Source of the DNA: Reclinomonas americana ATCC 50394
Lineage: Eukaryota
DNA: 64,000 nucleotides
NCBI GenBank assembly: GCA_048213135.1
Contig: PS015401.1
Span: forward strand, 1-64,000
Direction: 5' to 3'
Positions 61,358-64,000 of this stretch are shown one piece after another. Position 1 is the first letter of the stretch; each line of letters starts with the position of its first letter. Below the pieces are notes generated by a model that searched no databases, was not told where the DNA came from, and saw only the letters and a program-made list of their open reading frames with translations. Position numbers and translations under genes: made by a program.

Positions 61358-63327
61358 CTATGCGGGATACAGGGCGGCCCAGTTGCGCGAACGCACCACG
61401 GCCAGCAGTTCGTCTATCGTGATTCGCTTCTGGGTCATGGAGTCTCGCTCGCGCACAGTGACGCTATTGTCGGCGAGGCTCTCAAAATCGACGGTGACAC
61501 AGAACGGGGTGCCGATCTCATCTTGCCGCCGGTATCGCTTGCCAATCGATTGTGTCACGTCAAAGTCGGTGCGCACCACGTCGACCATGGACTGGAAGAG
61601 TGAATTCGACAGCTGCACCAGCGGCTGAGCCAGAGGAGCAGGCGACAGCAAGTGAGTGAGGCAGACGGTAACGAATCTCCACATCATTCACCCTGCTTTG
61701 CCAAACCTCTTTCTTGGAGAGCGGCAGCACGGCAAACTGGAACGGAGCGACCTCGGGGCGGAGGCAGAGTCGGATGCGACTGGTGCCGTCTTTGGAGGCC
61801 TCGACTTGGTCGACTCGGTACGCGTCCAGCAGAGTGGCGTACAGCAGCCTGCACGCATGTTTTGTCCTCGCTCAGTTCAACTACAGACGCAACTCGTGAC
61901 CGCTGCGACTCACCGATCGAGTCCAACCGCAGGTTCGATGCAGTGCGGATAGAACGGCTCACTAGTGGCACCGGAGCGGAAGCGCAGATCCTGACCCGAG
62001 TGCGTCGCGTGTGCCTTCAGATCGTAATCGGTGCGATTCGCAATGCCCCACAGTTCGCCCCATCCCCACGGGAACAAGAACTCAATGTCCGTGGTGCCCG
62101 CCGAGTAGTGCGCCACCTCCTGCACACAATCACATGCACGCGCACGTACGTGAGTGCGGTGACGCCTTGCCACCTTCTCTCGTGCAACGCAACTCCAGGG
62201 CCGAATTCTCGCATCCGGAAGCTCTCCGGCCGCAGGCCCACCACGTTCTTCAACCAATCCACACAGAACGTGATCCAATACCGATACCATGTGGGCGACG
62301 ACTCGGGCGCACAAAAGTACTCCATCTCCATCTGCTCAAACTCACGCGTGCGGAAGAGCAGGTGTCCCGGCGAGATCTCGTTGCGGAACGAGCGACCGGT
62401 CTGCGCCATGCCAAACGGCAGCTGCGGTCGCTCCGTCTGCACCAAGTCCGCAAAGTGTGTAAACATGCCTTGCGCCGTCTCCGGGCGCAGCGGCAGCACA
62501 TCACTCGAGTCCTCGGTGCAGCCGAAACGCGTCTCAAACAGCAAGTTGAACAGGCGTGGCGGAGACAACTGGCACTTGTTGGCCTTCGCATCGCCACACC
62601 CGCCGTGCAAGCCACGCGAGCGTGCAGCATCCACAAAGAACTCACGGAACTCGTCCAGCGAGAGACCGGCAATCTTCTTGCCGGCCTCGTCGCCCAGTTG
62701 CTCCTCCACCAGCTTGTCCGCACGCGATCGGCGACCGCATGTCTTGCACTCGACCAGTGGATCGGTAAAGTGCTCAATGTGGCCGGTTGCCTCCCACACT
62801 GCATGGGGCGGAAGTGAGACACGCAGCAGCAGCAGTGTCACATGCTTAAAGGAAAAGCACCCTTGCGCGACATCAAAATGCACGTCTCCACGCCAAACAC
62901 ATCGGGTCTGCGCTCCACAAAGTGTCGCCACCACAAGTCACGCAAGTTCTTCTTCATCTGCGTACCTGCGCGGTGTCTCGAGAGAGTCAGACGGGGCAGG
63001 GAGAGAGTGTGTGTGATGCGATGTATGCATGCTTGTGTGTACCCAGTGGGCCATAATCAATCAGGCTCTCCACGCCACCGTAGATGCTGCTGTTGGCCAT
63101 CACAAAGCCGCGGCGACGCAAGAGTCGTTCCACGGCTCCTGGTCCCTCGGCAGCCATCTTATCGTCGCCCTGCGCGCACACAAAGCACATCACTGATTAC
63201 AGGCATGCATAACTCACTCGCGCTGTGTTCTCTCTACCACTGAAGCTGCGGGTAATGAGGTCGACCATCGCGCAGTGACAGGTGGCGAGAACAGTAAGCG
63301 CCCGCCACGGCGTGCAAGCAGCAGCAT
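61358..63327 (-). CDS. Glycine--tRNA ligase, homodimeric (alpha2) bacterial-like type, putative mitochondrial presequence
   Basis: [34 protein letters not shown]...[58 protein letters not shown]-terminus [10 protein letters not shown]. Confidence 0.93.
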
Positions 63328-63595
63328 TAATTCGTCGAGACCAAGAGGACAGGACTGATTTCAGCGTTTTTGTGTTTACTACTCTCTCACTCTCACTCTC
63401 ACTCTCACTCTCTCGCTCGTTTTCCTCATTCTTGTTGGTTATTCGACAATCACCGGCAAAAACAGTCATCCACTCCACACATACACACATGCAGACTCGC
63501 CTCACCCACATAGAACCAGATATACAAAATCACACACGATGCAGCTGGATAGACGCCTGCTAAGTGCCGACAAGTGCGCAACGTGGTGCCAACTA

Positions 63596-64000
63596 TTATG
63601 CGACGTAATGGTAGAGACTCGAATCTGTGACGAGCGGGCACGCAGTCAGCAAAAAAAGAGGAGAACCCGCACACAAGCGCACACACACGCACCAGAGTCA
63701 TCACGCCGCAGGAACTCGCGCAGAATGAGATCCTCGATACGAGTCTTGACTTGGCGCGGCTGTGGCCTGAACAGGTTGAGCTGTTGCAGGGTCTCCGCCA
63801 CCAGCGCCTGATGAGAGAGCGTTCGTCGGGCCTTCATCACACGCACAATGCAGGCGTCAATCATGTAGCGCCGCTCCTGCTCACGCTCCTCCGGCTGACC
63901 GCCAGGCCCAGCCTTCTTCACCGTGATCTTCGGCAGCGGGATGCTGATCTTCAGTCGCTTGGTCTCGAACGCCTCGTTGAATACAACAGTCTCCTCCGCG
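63596..64000 (-). CDS. Cullin C-terminal neddylation domain (partial, Cul1-like)
   Basis: RRYMIDACIVRVMKARRTLSH, VKTRIEDLILREFLRRD, last exon DSSLYHYVA-stop. Confidence 0.93.

Overview
Gappy scaffold from a compact, very intron-rich unicellular eukaryote (introns mostly ~60-90 nt, many microexons, intergenic spacers often under 100 nt); I cannot name the species. All gene models were spliced by hand. In order: mitochondrial pyruvate carboxylase, secreted Cys-rich repeat protein, SprT-like metalloprotease, DUF2034/RRG7-like nuclease-fold protein, ~2,400-aa FN3 surface protein, two head-to-head VIT-vWA genes (the second apparently fused through an Ala/His repeat to an LTA4H-like M1 aminopeptidase), PTS2-bearing aldehyde dehydrogenase, short MscS channel, coiled-coil hypotheticals, non-LTR retrotransposon fragment, tRNA-Ser(TGA), large uncharacterised protein, TFIIH p62, RapZ-C/WWE-like protein, bacterial-type alpha2 GlyRS, and a cullin C-terminus. 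Strongest signal: a large class of introns (35 counted by hand, roughly a fifth of inferred introns) starts GTTGCG/GTTGAG, i.e. the normal donors GTGCG/GTGAG displaced by one base and lacking +5G, almost always after a non-G exon end. Four internal contigs are inverted relative to their genes, probably a scaffolding artefact.
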